A stretch of DNA of 64,000 nt from a virus. The translations under genes and the position numbers were made by a program. The notes beneath the pieces were generated by a model. It was not told the origin of the DNA. It saw only the letters and a program-made list of their open reading frames with translations, and made no database searches. Of this stretch, positions 1 through 10,900 are shown piece by piece. The number at the start of each line of letters is the position of its first letter. The stretch's first letter is position 1. Where the stretch lies: the IMG/VR virus record IMGVR_UViG_3300020469_000011, positions 64,001 to 128,000 of that record; one strand, written 5' to 3'.

Positions 1-3000
1 TCGTAATATGTTTTAATTTCATCAGATAATGTTCTCAAACTTTCTATATGTGTTTCTCCTAAAACTAACGCTTGAGGTAAAGCATCTTTATCATATGCTT
101 TAACTGTTTGTAGTCTCATGGATTTTTTTATAGGTAAATTGATTACTCTATCTATACGCCTTCTTAATGAAAATAAACGATTCCTATCTATGATTTCATT
201 CATTATTTCAATATGAGGCTCAGGAGTTTGCTCACTTAAACTACTATCCAAGAAAGTTGTGTTCGGAAAATATACAGTTGTTATTGGTGTTATAATTGGA
301 TTAGTTATCTCAGCTAAATCTCTTAAACTTAAAATATTAGCCATTCCAGTTGCTGCCGCTATTGGTATTCTATCACCAACATATTCTAAGAAAGAATATT
401 TTCTATACTCATCTATAAAACGATCTGTCCAAGGTTCAATTTTATCTCCATATTGGAGAAATTCATTTCTAGATAAAACATCAAATTTTACATAAGTTGT
501 TTTTTCTTGAAATAGAACAGTAGAAGAATCTAAAAATGTTGTGTTTGGAAAATAAACTATAGTGTCAATTTGTTCAGCGATAGATACTGCCTGTTCTTGA
601 GGCCGTACATATAAAATTGCTTCTTCTACTGTTGTGGCTCTTCTTGTTAAATCTCCTAGCCATCTTCTACTAATAGCCTTTAACCAAGGTTTAAAGAATA
701 CAGGTACCCAAGGTTTTATAATTTGACCAAAGTCAAAAAATAAAAATCTGTCTAGCAAATCAACTTCTATTTTTCTAAATATTTCATTTTCTGCAACAGA
801 AAATGTATTTCCGGCAGGAGCAGGATCTATTCCACCAGAAACTAAAGTAGATAAAGGTTCTAAACCATCATTAACTGCTAATAAAGAAATATTTGATAAG
901 TATGGAATGGGTTGATCTATTTCTACGGTCGGTATTAAACTATCTACATCATCATGCATTATAAGTTTTCTACTTAAATCTGTAAGTTCGGTAGAAGATA
1001 TTTGAAACGGAGATATATAATTTAAAGGTATAGATATTTGTGTTCTTTCTAATACACTAGTTTTAAAATTATCTATAATAGCATGATTGATTACTGAAGG
1101 AACTTCTATTTTAACATCAAAAACAGTTCTGTCAAAAATTGTATTTTTTCTACCCTGATGTGCGAAACCAAAATCAAAAAAGAAATCGTCTCTATCAAAG
1201 CCTACATCTGTTCCACTAAATTGGAACGGTCTTTTTAAACCATATCCAAAAACATTTTCTTCTAGATGAGTTGTATATTGAGTAGGAGGACTTTCACCTA
1301 ATGTAGCATCAACTTCATTTATTCTTGAAATAACATAACGTACATTATGATTCTTAGGTATTAAATTATCTATATTAGTCCAATTTATAAGATTTCCATC
1401 TTCAACTATTGAACCTAATTTTTCTTTTTCACCAAACACATTTATATCAGCAGCAGAAATCAAAGCATTAATTCTATTTTTTTGTAAATCCTCTATTTTA
1501 TTTAAAACAGTAACAATTGCTTTAGGATCAAATTGATGGTCAGGAGAAAGTACATTAATATTTTCTGCAAGTAATGTTAAAGCTGTCATATCACTAAAAC
1601 TTATTTCATAACCTTCTATATCAACTTTTGGTTTATATCCACGTATTGCTGATATATAATTTTCAAAGGAGAGTTTAGATACTCTGTTTTTTCTTTCATT
1701 AGCGAATCTACCAATATCAAAATTAGCTGCTTCATTTTCTTCACTAACAAATCTAGCAACAGGAGTTTCATTTGGTGAAGAATGTGGTAGTGGAAATGTT
1801 ATAGTAAATGATTGATTATCTTCATTAATGACAGTGTGTAATGGTAGTTCATCTATAGCATAAGCCCGGGTATTTGCTGATGCTTCATTAGAAAGGATAT
1901 CTTCATTAAATGTTTTAAAATCTTTTGATAAGTCAAGGGTTACATAATGAAATTTATTAGGTTCACCAGTTTCTATATGTTTTAAAAATCCGCTATAGTC
2001 AGAAAAATAAAATTCTTGTCTAATTAAGTTTAGTGAAAATTCTGGTTTAGCTAGAACTACATAATCAAGGGTCAGGGGGGAAATTCGGGCTAGGTCCACC
2101 ACTATCGATGGCTCTGGGCCGAAGGTCTGGCTGTTTCCCTTTCGTACTAAAGAACTGAAAAAAAAAAGTTCGGAAGGAGCCACCTCCGGGTAAGGATTGT
2201 TAGTATTTGCGTTGGAATTAAAATCAAATATAATTGTGTTGGAAGGTGGCTCTATTTCCAACATATGTGACAAATCTATTTTTATACCTTCTAAGAAATC
2301 CTCTGTATGCAAAACATCTTCTTCTGTTCCAATTTTTGCAACAGTAAATTCATTATTAATAGCATATGACATATGTACAAAATCTAAATCTGGCTCACTT
2401 ATCTTTATACCACTCTTAATGAAATTCTCTATGTTATCTATTACAACACAATATAAAGTACCTGTATAGCTTACTCTATTTCTTGTAATGTTATTTTTTA
2501 TTCTAACCTGTTCATTTACAACAGATTCATTTGAATATAGTTTACTCAAATCTACTGTGTTAAAGAATGAAGAAGTTCTTGCAATATTTAATTTTTTGGA
2601 TTTTACCTTAAAAAGTAATTTATCTATACCTGAAGTAACTAATTCTTGTTCTTCCGTTACAGTAATAGATAGTCCTGCATTATCTGTATATTCGTATAGA
2701 TAACCATCATAATCAGACTCTATAATTAATTTGGGTTTTTTCCATTTAACAATTCCCTTTTCACTAACATCAGCTACATGATCATCATAAGTTAAATTTT
2801 TAAACATTACCCAACCACGATCTCTAGTAAGAATTTCACTTGTAGGTAAATATGCAGCTTCTCCATTTAAAGAGTTTCCACTAATTAAAGGTTTATAAAC
2901 TGCTGTTTCACTAAAATCAAATGAAGTATTACTGTATTTTACATCATCTCCGCTGGTTCTATTTCCTGTATAATCTGAGATATCACGTACTATAATCATA

Positions 3001-5675
3001 CCACCTCTATTAAAAGAAGCAGTGTGACGATTAATATAATCTATTGTTATTCTAAAATTATCAATGGTTTTATCTTTGGCTGAGTCAATTGGACCTGCTT
3101 TATATTTTATTAAATCAGTTCTCCAGTTAGCTTCATCTTCTACGTTTACTATTTTCATGAAAGATTCAACAGATACTAATCCATCATAGTAAAATTGTTC
3201 TGTAATTAAATTATCTTTGTTATCAGTAGCCAAATACTTATCAAAAGAAGTATTACTTTTGCGTCTATTGTTTGAGTAATAAAAATCATATAAAGGACTT
3301 TGTAATGGATTTGTTACTATATCATCTATGAAATATTTAAAAGTGGCAAATATATCAGGTATGCCATCCATACCACCACCAATTTCTACTCTATGATGAT
3401 CTTTTGTTGTAATAGTTTCATTACTAATTTGAGAGACTTGTATTGTGGGTTCTACTAATATTTTATTATCATTTAAAATAAAGTCGTCTTTGTTCAGAAG
3501 TTTATCTTTTTCTATCTGAACTACCATGTGAGGATATATTTCACTTTGTAAATATCCTGCAGTTTCGTTTTCTATTTCTGTAAATTCAAAAGTTTTTATT
3601 CTAGTTTCTAATTCAGATTCAAATTTATTTCTTATGAACGCTAAAAATCCTGCTGGATGCAATTCATCTAATAATAGAGGTTCAATTAAATCTGCTGGTA
3701 TTTTTGTTATAATTTCATAAGAATAATGTTGATAGTAATAATTATCAAAGAAATACTTATTTGATGAAAGCATACTATCATTGTTTAAGAAATCTCCAAA
3801 AGGTTCAAACAATAAACCAGTTTCATATTCAAGTTTACCTGTTAATCCATGTTCTATTAAAGAGTCATAAAATGTTAGTGTTTCCGGAGGTCTTTTGAAA
3901 ATAACTTCATCTGTATCATCTACCATCAAACCAACATCATCTATTTTTAATTCTGATATTCCATCACCTAGTTTAGACTCTAAAACAGCAGTGTCACTTA
4001 AAGGATTGATATTTACAAGGTCTTTAATTTCGGCAGTTAATTGAGCGTTATTATAAGTAAAAGTTACATCTGTATCGTTTTCTAAATTTGTTGCAGACCG
4101 TTGAGTAACGAATCTTTTAACTTTAACATTTTCACTCTTAATAGAAATACCATTAAATAATATAGGAGTTTCATCTGTATCAATATCTACTTCCCCTATA
4201 CAAGTTGCTAAAGTTTCATCATTTGGAACATTGGTAGCTCCTGATATAGTGAGTGAGGTATTTGCAACAATGTATTGTGCATTAGCTTCATAAGTCGCTG
4301 AGTTTACATCTGTATCAAATAATACATCAAAGTAATTTAATAAACTTGCTTGAGTTAATGAATTAAATGCAGTAGTTCTTGGTGGTAATTCATAGCCTAA
4401 TCCAGAATCTTCAAATTTAACTTCTTTAATTGAACCAACCTCATAATCTGAAGCAAAACTTACTGGAAGAACTTGTAAACTGTTAGTGTTCTGAAATGTA
4501 TTAGAACCTGAAAATACAGTGTTATTTAAATTATAATTTTGAAATGTACTTACAGGTCTATTTTTTATAGTGTTATAATAACTATTAAAAAACTGAGTTA
4601 ATGTTGGATTTACATCAATTGCAGTAACTTTAGCTTTTGCTGAATAAGTTGCTCCTGTAAATTCATTATCAAATACAATTGGATCACCGACACGATAACA
4701 AACTCCAGAATCTTTGATATCAATTTTTGTGACAGAGTGTTTCTTTAATTTAGAAATTCTACCCATACCATCATCAAAGGTAAATCTATCATCTACACTA
4801 TGACCTATTCCACCGTCTATAGGCTTTACACCAATAATAGATTCTAATATTTGAGTTCTTCCTTTTTCAACACCTGTGCTTATATCATAGGCAATAATTG
4901 TTTCATCTTTAACAAATGTTCCGTTTATATAAATTAAATCTAAAAATCCACGAAAAGTATTGTCTAGATATCTTGATACAGTATTTTTACAGGTGGCAGT
5001 AGCTCCAGATATCGTACCAACTATTCTAGCGTTACTAAATGTTGAACCATCTCTGTTGATTTTTATTTGAACTAAATTTTTCTCAGTATATCCACTATCA
5101 GAGAGCCGTAAAATATCTACTTTTGGATAATATAATTCTATGTCATCTTCAAAAAATATTCTAAAAAACCAATAATAAGAATTTTCAGTATCTTTATTTT
5201 TGTAATAATCTAATATTCTTTTAGTTAGAGTTTTTGGATCAACTCTTTTAAACACACTTTCATCAAGTGATACATTATTTTTAAAATATTTTTTAAATAC
5301 GTTTAGTGCGGTATCATAAGAAGTATTATCTTCAATATCATTCATGTATTGATATATATTTTTATAAAGACTTCTTATGAAATATATTTCTCCAGTATCA
5401 CCGTTAAATATAACTTCATTTTTATAAAACTGATTTCCTTCTGTTATATAATCAAAGTATATTCTATTGTTTGTAACAATTTTTACAACTGCTTTAGCTT
5501 TAGATAAAGAGCCGTAAATTAGATCACCTTCTGATAGTTTTTTGTTATCAGATAAAACTATAATTGAAGATTCTAAAAAGTTGTAGTATTCTTCTACAAA
5601 CTTTATGAATTGAGGGTATTGCTCATAAAAATAGTTGGGCAGTTGGCTTTCAACTAAATCTTTGGGTGTTGTCAT
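1..5675 (-). CDS. gp7: Baseplate wedge subunit gp7-like, >1890 aa, runs off the left edge
   Basis: ATG at 5675 overlaps the gp6 stop (ATGA). Translated by hand: MTTPKDLVESQLPNYFYEQYPQFIKFVEEYYNFLE..., FFRIFFEDDIELYYPKVDILRLSD and DNYYYQHYSYEI...LHPAGF, motifs typical of gp7 in T4-like phages. Its absence from the ORF track fits a frame with no stop inside the window; spot checks at 1-60 and 2040-2220 were open. Confidence 0.85.
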   Translation of the reverse strand, partial: MTTPKDLVESQLPNYFYEQYPQFIKFVEEYYNFLESSIIVLSDNKKLSEGDLIYGSLSKAKAVVKIVTNNRIYFDYITEGNQFYKNEVIFNGDTGEIYFIRSLYKNIYQYMNDIEDNTSYDTALNVFKKYFKNNVSLDESVFKRVDPKTLTKRILDYYKNKDTENSYYWFFRIFFEDDIELYYPKVDILRLSDSGYTEKNLVQIKINRDGSTFSNARIVGTISGATATCKNTVSRYLDNTFRGFLDLIYINGTFVKDETIIAYDISTGVEKGRTQILESIIGVKPIDGGIGHSVDDRFTFDDGMGRISKLKKHSVTKIDIKDSGVCYRVGDPIVFDNEFTGATYSAKAKVTAIDVNPTLTQFFNSYYNTIKNRPVSTFQNYNLNNTVFSGSNTFQNTNSLQVLPVSFASDYEVGSIKEVKFEDSGLGYELPPRTTAFNSLTQASLLNYFDVLFDTDVNSATYEANAQYIVANTSLTISGATNVPNDETLATCIGEVDIDTDETPILFNGISIKSENVKVKRFVTQRSATNLENDTDVTFTYNNAQLTAEIKDLVNINPLSDTAVLESKLGDGISELKIDDVGLMVDDTDEVIFKRPPETLTFYDSLIEHGLTGKLEYETGLLFEPFGDFLNNDSMLSSNKYFFDNYYYQHYSYEIITKIPADLIEPLLLDELHPAGFLAFIRNKFESELETRIKTFEFTEIENETAGYLQSEIYPHMVVQIEKDKLLNKDDFILNDNKILVEPTIQVSQISNETITTKDHHRVEIGGGMDGIPDIFATFKYFIDDIVTNPLQSPLYDFYYSNNRRKSNTSFDKYLATDNKDNLITEQFYYDGLVSVESFMKIVNVEDEANWRTDLIKYKAGPIDSAKDKTIDNFRITIDYINRHTASFNRGGMIIVRDISDYTGNRTSGDDVKYSNTSFDFSETAVYKPLISGNSLNGEAAYLPTSEILTRDRGWVMFKNLTYDDHVADVSEKGIVKWKKPKLIIESDYDGYLYEYTDNAGLSITVTEEQELVTSGIDKLLFKVKSKKLNIARTSSFFNTVDLSKLYSNESVVNEQVRIKNNITRNRVSYTGTLYCVVIDNIENFIKSGIKISEPDLDFVHMSYAINNEFTVAKIGTEEDVLHTEDFLEGIKIDLSHMLEIEPPSNTIIFDFNSNANTNNPYPEVAPSELFFFSSLVRKGNSQTFGPEPSIVVDLARISPLTLDYVVLAKPEFSLNLIRQEFYFSDYSGFLKHIETGEPNKFHYVTLDLSKDFKTFNEDILSNEASANTRAYAIDELPLHTVINEDNQSFTITFPLPHSSPNETPVARFVSEENEAANFDIGRFANERKNRVSKLSFENYISAIRGYKPKVDIEGYEISFSDMTALTLLAENINVLSPDHQFDPKAIVTVLNKIEDLQKNRINALISAADINVFGEKEKLGSIVEDGNLINWTNIDNLIPKNHNVRYVISRINEVDATLGESPPTQYTTHLEENVFGYGLKRPFQFSGTDVGFDRDDFFFDFGFAHQGRKNTIFDRTVFDVKIEVPSVINHAIIDNFKTSVLERTQISIPLNYISPFQISSTELTDLSRKLIMHDDVDSLIPTVEIDQPIPYLSNISLLAVNDGLEPLSTLVSGGIDPAPAGNTFSVAENEIFRKIEVDLLDRFLFFDFGQIIKPWVPVFFKPWLKAISRRWLGDLTRRATTVEEAILYVRPQEQAVSIAEQIDTIVYFPNTTFLDSSTVLFQEKTTYVKFDVLSRNEFLQYGDKIEPWTDRFIDEYRKYSFLEYVGDRIPIAAATGMANILSLRDLAEITNPIITPITTVYFPNTTFLDSSLSEQTPEPHIEIMNEIIDRNRLFSLRRRIDRVINLPIKKSMRLQTVKAYDKDALPQALVLGETHIESLRTLSDEIKTYY

Positions 5676-7558
5676 GAGTAACTGGTTCCACTTGACGTTG
5701 AAGAAGAGGTATCGGTTCCTCCACTAAACAATTCTGCTGTTGCTATATTAGAAGATGTTGACGAATTATCTACAAATGGCACAGGATTTATATTAACATC
5801 ACTAACACTAATAGTTAAAACTTGCTCTTTTGCTGGTGTTATAACATAATCATTTGTTTTCATTTCAAATGTCATTTCAGAAGATGTTCCACTTATAGTA
5901 ATTGGAGAAAAATTTTGTAATTCTAATGTACCATTACTGTAATTAATAGTGCCTATATTTTCAATTAATGTAAATTGTTGGGTTGCGTTTGAAACAATTT
6001 TATCAAAAACTATTTGTATTTTGCTGTAGTCAGAACTTTCCTTGAGATAACAATTGTTAACAACTAGATTATTACTATCAAAGTAAGAAAACTTGGTTGC
6101 CGATAGACTACCTCTTTCTACTTCATTATTAAAGTTTACTTTATAGTAATTTCCCGTACCTACATCTATATCTCTTTTTTGATAGAGTTTGACTTCTACA
6201 AATACACCCATATAATATCTATTTAAATCACTTATAGTTTTTATTATATTTGCTGTTTGAAAAGAACTGAAAAACTTTAATAAATTATTTTGAGTAAAAT
6301 CAGATACTGTTTGTTGTACCTCAGTGACAATATCTACATCAGACATGTTTATTCTTACTGCATCATACACAAGCCTAATATCTAATTTTATATAAGTATA
6401 TTCTGGATCTATAACATAAGGTAAAATAGTAATTACATTTACTTCTTGTAGCTTATCTAATATTTGCTGTTTTTCTGAAGCAGAAGTAAAAGTTCTGTTT
6501 CTAGGTTTTACTGCACAAAATACACTCCCATATAAAGGAGGAGTATTTTTTTCTCCACCCCAAACAGATATTGATTCTATAAATGGAAAATATTTCATTA
6601 ACATTATTTGATAGTCTTGTTCTGTTACAGATCTATTTTGACTAAAAAATAACTTTCTAGAATTGTTTCTTATAGTGTCTATATCTTCTTCAGCTTGACC
6701 CTGAGAAGAAACTTGTGTTGTTTGTACTAAATGAGTTGTTGGTAATAATGTTGTGTCATCAAGAGTAAAATTTAAACAATCGTTACCATTAACGCCAGAA
6801 GTTACTAGATACGAAACATCTATTATATTATTATTATTTAACTGTCTGCCTAAAACATTATCACCAAATATTAATTGATATTTTCCACCAAAATTTTCTT
6901 CAACATAAAATATTCTAGATCCGGAATTAAGTAGTGTTATATCATAAACACGATTATATCTTATTCTTTCTGTTGTTTGAGAACTTTCTCTTACATATAC
7001 ATTTAAATAATCTAAATCTATATCTGTGCTTGAGATCTCATACTTTTTTTCAAGCAATAAATTATTCACTACTATATTTTCAGTAATAAAAGTTCCTTGA
7101 ATTAAATCTATTGAGGATGTATAAGAATTAGTTCCATTAAATACTGTTACATCTTTACTTACAAAAGGAAGCACTTCTCCAGTAGCTTTAACACCACTAA
7201 ACTTAGTAGATCCTGGTAATGTAATAACAGTATTAAAATTTGTAGTTTCTGTTAATCTAACAGCTACTATAGCTTTTGCTGATGTTTTTGAATTCGCAAC
7301 ATATCCAAGTTGTTTAGCAATTGATACTGCATTTTTTCTTTTCTGTGCCGTATCTAAAAACATTTCACTTGCAACTTGATTTAAATAATAAGCAGAATAT
7401 TGTGTATTATAAGTTAATAAATCTACTAGAAAATTTAATCCAGATGCTTCAAAATCATAATTTTCAAATTCAGATTTGCTTTTTACATAATCTACTAAAT
7501 TGTTTCTTAGAACATTAAAGTCTAATTCGTTTATATTTTCCGTAGGAATTCTAGACAT
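5672..7558 (-). CDS. gp6: Baseplate wedge subunit gp6
   Basis: ELDFNVLRNNL...YDFEASGLNFLVDLLTYNT...EMFLDTAQKR...AKQLGY, QNRSVTEQDY, VWGGEKNTPPLYG; lies between gp25 and gp7. Confidence 0.95.
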   Translation of the reverse strand: MSRIPTENINELDFNVLRNNLVDYVKSKSEFENYDFEASGLNFLVDLLTYNTQYSAYYLNQVASEMFLDTAQKRKNAVSIAKQLGYVANSKTSAKAIVAVRLTETTNFNTVITLPGSTKFSGVKATGEVLPFVSKDVTVFNGTNSYTSSIDLIQGTFITENIVVNNLLLEKKYEISSTDIDLDYLNVYVRESSQTTERIRYNRVYDITLLNSGSRIFYVEENFGGKYQLIFGDNVLGRQLNNNNIIDVSYLVTSGVNGNDCLNFTLDDTTLLPTTHLVQTTQVSSQGQAEEDIDTIRNNSRKLFFSQNRSVTEQDYQIMLMKYFPFIESISVWGGEKNTPPLYGSVFCAVKPRNRTFTSASEKQQILDKLQEVNVITILPYVIDPEYTYIKLDIRLVYDAVRINMSDVDIVTEVQQTVSDFTQNNLLKFFSSFQTANIIKTISDLNRYYMGVFVEVKLYQKRDIDVGTGNYYKVNFNNEVERGSLSATKFSYFDSNNLVVNNCYLKESSDYSKIQIVFDKIVSNATQQFTLIENIGTINYSNGTLELQNFSPITISGTSSEMTFEMKTNDYVITPAKEQVLTISVSDVNINPVPFVDNSSTSSNIATAELFSGGTDTSSSTSSGTSYS

Positions 7559-7936
7559 CTATCTTATTCTCTTTATTGTTTTTTCAAGAGTCAATAACTC
7601 TAAAGGATTTGATAATAAACTAAATGAAATAAAAATCTTTATATTATTTAAGTCTTGTTCTATATCTACAGATTCTAAGTTTATTCTCGGTTCGTAATTA
7701 TTAATTTGATTTTTTATTGTTGTAGATAATAAATCTTCTTGTATGAAATTATTAAGTTCAAAAACATAGTCTTGTATACCCACTCCAAAATCATTATTAT
7801 ATAATTTTTCTCCTGGTCTAGTATATAATATATGATTTAATGCGCGGAATATTGCTGTTTTAGCATCTAAATTCTTAACAGTTTTTGAACTAGGGTGAGG
7901 TATAAATTTTAAATCTATATCTGAAAATCTTGACAT
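7559..7936 (-). CDS. gp25: Baseplate wedge subunit gp25
   Basis: FSDIDLKFIPHP...AIFRALNHILYTRPGEKLYNNDFG...NYEPRI; 125 aa. Confidence 0.95.
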   Translation of the reverse strand: MSRFSDIDLKFIPHPSSKTVKNLDAKTAIFRALNHILYTRPGEKLYNNDFGVGIQDYVFELNNFIQEDLLSTTIKNQINNYEPRINLESVDIEQDLNNIKIFISFSLLSNPLELLTLEKTIKRIR

Positions 7937-7958
7937 TTAACTTTATTGTCTTTAGATT

Positions 7959-7965
7959 TATTTAT
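7959..7965 (-). promoter_or_regulatory. Probable T4-type late promoter (ATAAATA) upstream of gp25
   Basis: ATAAATA on the minus strand about 25 nt before the gp25 start. Confidence 0.5.
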
Positions 7966-7975
7966 CTAAGCTATT

Positions 7976-10900
7976 TTAATTGGTTCTATAAAAATTGATA
8001 GCAGTATCAATTTTAAAAGTAAAGACTCTCATATTAAAATCAGGATCTTGATAACCTATTAAAATATAGGGTTTTAATATGGTTAAGTCTTCTACACCTA
8101 AAGGTATTTCACCAATGAATCTTTTTTTCTTTGTTCTTCCAAATTTGAAAACTTCGGAAGAGTCACCATTAAGTTGAGTTGCATATCTATGAGCATTTTT
8201 TTGTCCTTCAAATAAAACACCCATATACACATCTATTTTATTTATCTCAGGAAAGTTTGTGTTATAGATAGCATTAGTGGCAGCATCGGCTACTTCAACT
8301 TCCATTTCAAATTCAAATCTATATAATGCATTGTTTGTAATGTTATTATCATCTTGACTAAGTTTTAAAGCATCTTTAGATTTGACACCGTGCAAAAAGT
8401 TACTATCTAATGTACCTATAATATTAAATTCATAAGGAGTTGAGGAACCTATTGCATTAAAATATGAAGGGTCAGAAGATAATGCATCAATATTATTATC
8501 ATCTAATTCAAAACTATTTGTTGTACGAAATCCGTCAAAGCTTAATGTTATTGCTTCAGGATCTTCTCTTTCTTTTACTGAAGGAGATGGATTTGTATCT
8601 TTACTTAATTGTAATTGTATTTCTTCTAAATCTGTAACAGACCTTACTTTAGTATTAGTTGTTATAAAATCTAAATCAAGACCATTAGGATCTAGTATCT
8701 TATCTATCTGACCTGTTTCAATATCAGTGTCAAGGTCAGCAGAATCGTTTAATCCTAATAATTGAGAAATATGTCTGACTGGATAAAAAGGTAATCCTTT
8801 TGGAAGATAACTTAGAAAAAGAAGGGAAAACCCAAATTCATTTGAATAATCTAATTCTGCTCTTGCAATGTCTGCGTATATCTTAGCTTTGAGATAAGCT
8901 ATTTTATTTCTACGTGAAGTTTCTTCATTTTGACTTTTAGAAAAAATACCTCCATTATTTTCAATATTAGTATATATAGCAGAACCTACTTCAAAGGGTT
9001 TGGTAATAGATGATTGTAATTTATTAATAGTGTTTGCTCCAAGTTCTTTTGCAGCATCAAGACTATCATTCCATTCTGTATCTGTCATTGCATCTAATAT
9101 TGACTTATCTTCTAGACTTTTTTTCCTTTCGTTAGCAGGATCATTTTTCTTTGCGAATAAAGTATTAATTTCTTCTTTAATCTTCTCTGCTTCTACTGGA
9201 TCAAGTCTTTTAATACGTCTTAAATGTTTGTCTACAGATGCTAAATTACTTGGTCTAAAAGAAGATTTAGGAGGTCTGTCTTTATAATTTATATCGTCAA
9301 CTCTTGTTAACTTATTAGCTAATTCATCATAACCCTCTAAGCCGTTTGTTCTTGCATATCTTCCATAAACTTTAAATTTTAAATTTAGTTGGAAATTTAA
9401 TAATGTTATTATTTCTTCAATAGCGTCTATTAGAGTCACTAAACTTTCTTTAATATTTTCAAGTTGCTCTATTGTATTATCTAATAAGCTATCTTTTGGA
9501 GAATTACTTGCTGAAACTGTTTCATATAAACTTGTTACATAGTTTTGAACATTTTTAATTATGTTTGTAGTTCCTGTTAAATCACTAAAATTTAATTTAG
9601 CCCATGCACCCCCACCATCTTGGTTATATGGTTGTTCTGTGCTTTCCCAAACTATACCATCGGCCAGAACTGTTTGATCTCCTCCTTCAACTTTTATTAT
9701 TTGTACATATTTGTTAGCAACAATAGAATCATATGTGGCTGTTATATTACTATTTTTGTCTTTTACTGATTGAATTGTAAACGTATGTACATGACTTGTT
9801 TTTTCAATCAATGAATCTTCTACATTATATGTTTGTTGAAATAAGTTTTTATAAAGGTTATTTTTATTGGCAAGAGTATATTCATCATCATAATATATTA
9901 CTTTAGCAGATTTTGTTAAGTCCAACTTGTTATTTTCTTGATATAACTTAATTTCTTCTAATTGTAATGTTTTTGTTTTAACAATATCATTTGCAGTATT
10001 AGCAGTATCAAGAAATTGTTCCTCTGTATCTTTTCTTATTTTATTTTCTATGTCTATCAAATCTTCTTCATATTTCTTTAATTTGGCTTCTCTTGTATTT
10101 GTGCTATCAATAATACTTGTTACCATTGTAAATGGATTTCCACCCTCTAAATCACCTGATGTAGACTTGTTTTTTAAAGCAGTTGCTGCTGTTTTGATAT
10201 CATTAAAACGATTAGTTAATGATGTGTTCATATCAGAAGATATAGCAGACGCACTATTATATGCGTTTAAAGCCTCTAGAAAACTTCTTAATTCTGCATA
10301 TCTATTTTTACCGAAAGAAGATTCACTAGAATATTTTATAATTGCACTTGTTATTGAATCTTTTTGAAAGTAATGTTTGTTTAATACTTCTTGTATATTC
10401 AAAACAGTATTATCTTCTTCAAGATTTAATCTAGATAAATCATCAAGAATATTTTTTGCTGCAGGAACAATTTCCCAATAAATTATTTCTGTTTTGATAT
10501 CTTTAATATCTTCTTTTTGAGCACTATATCCACCTAACCTTCCTTCAAAAAAATCATTATCAAGATTTTCTCGAAATGCACTGTCAAAAACAGCATTTGC
10601 TGAATTTGCAGCAATATCAAAATTTGTATTTGCAATTGCTCCTTGGTTAGCTAAATCTTGTTCTAATTTTTCTTTTCTCGCTTCTGACATATTTAAGATA
10701 GGATCTGCAGGAACGATAAAGATATTTTCTAAATTTTCATCAACTGGATATAATAAACCAGAAGTTTGATTTTTTTGCTCTAATTTTGTGCTTGGATTAA
10801 ACGTACTTAATGATAGTGAGCTTAATTTATTATCTGTCAATACTTTTATTTTTTTAGTAGACGTATCATTGAATAAAGACTTCATATCATCGTGCATTCC

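Noticed and set aside
259-2703. Short plus-strand ORFs in the track at 259, 2197 and 2488, and an apparently gene-free first 5.6 kb
   Set aside because: They are antisense shadows of the continuous minus-strand gp7 frame, which the track omits because its stop lies outside the window
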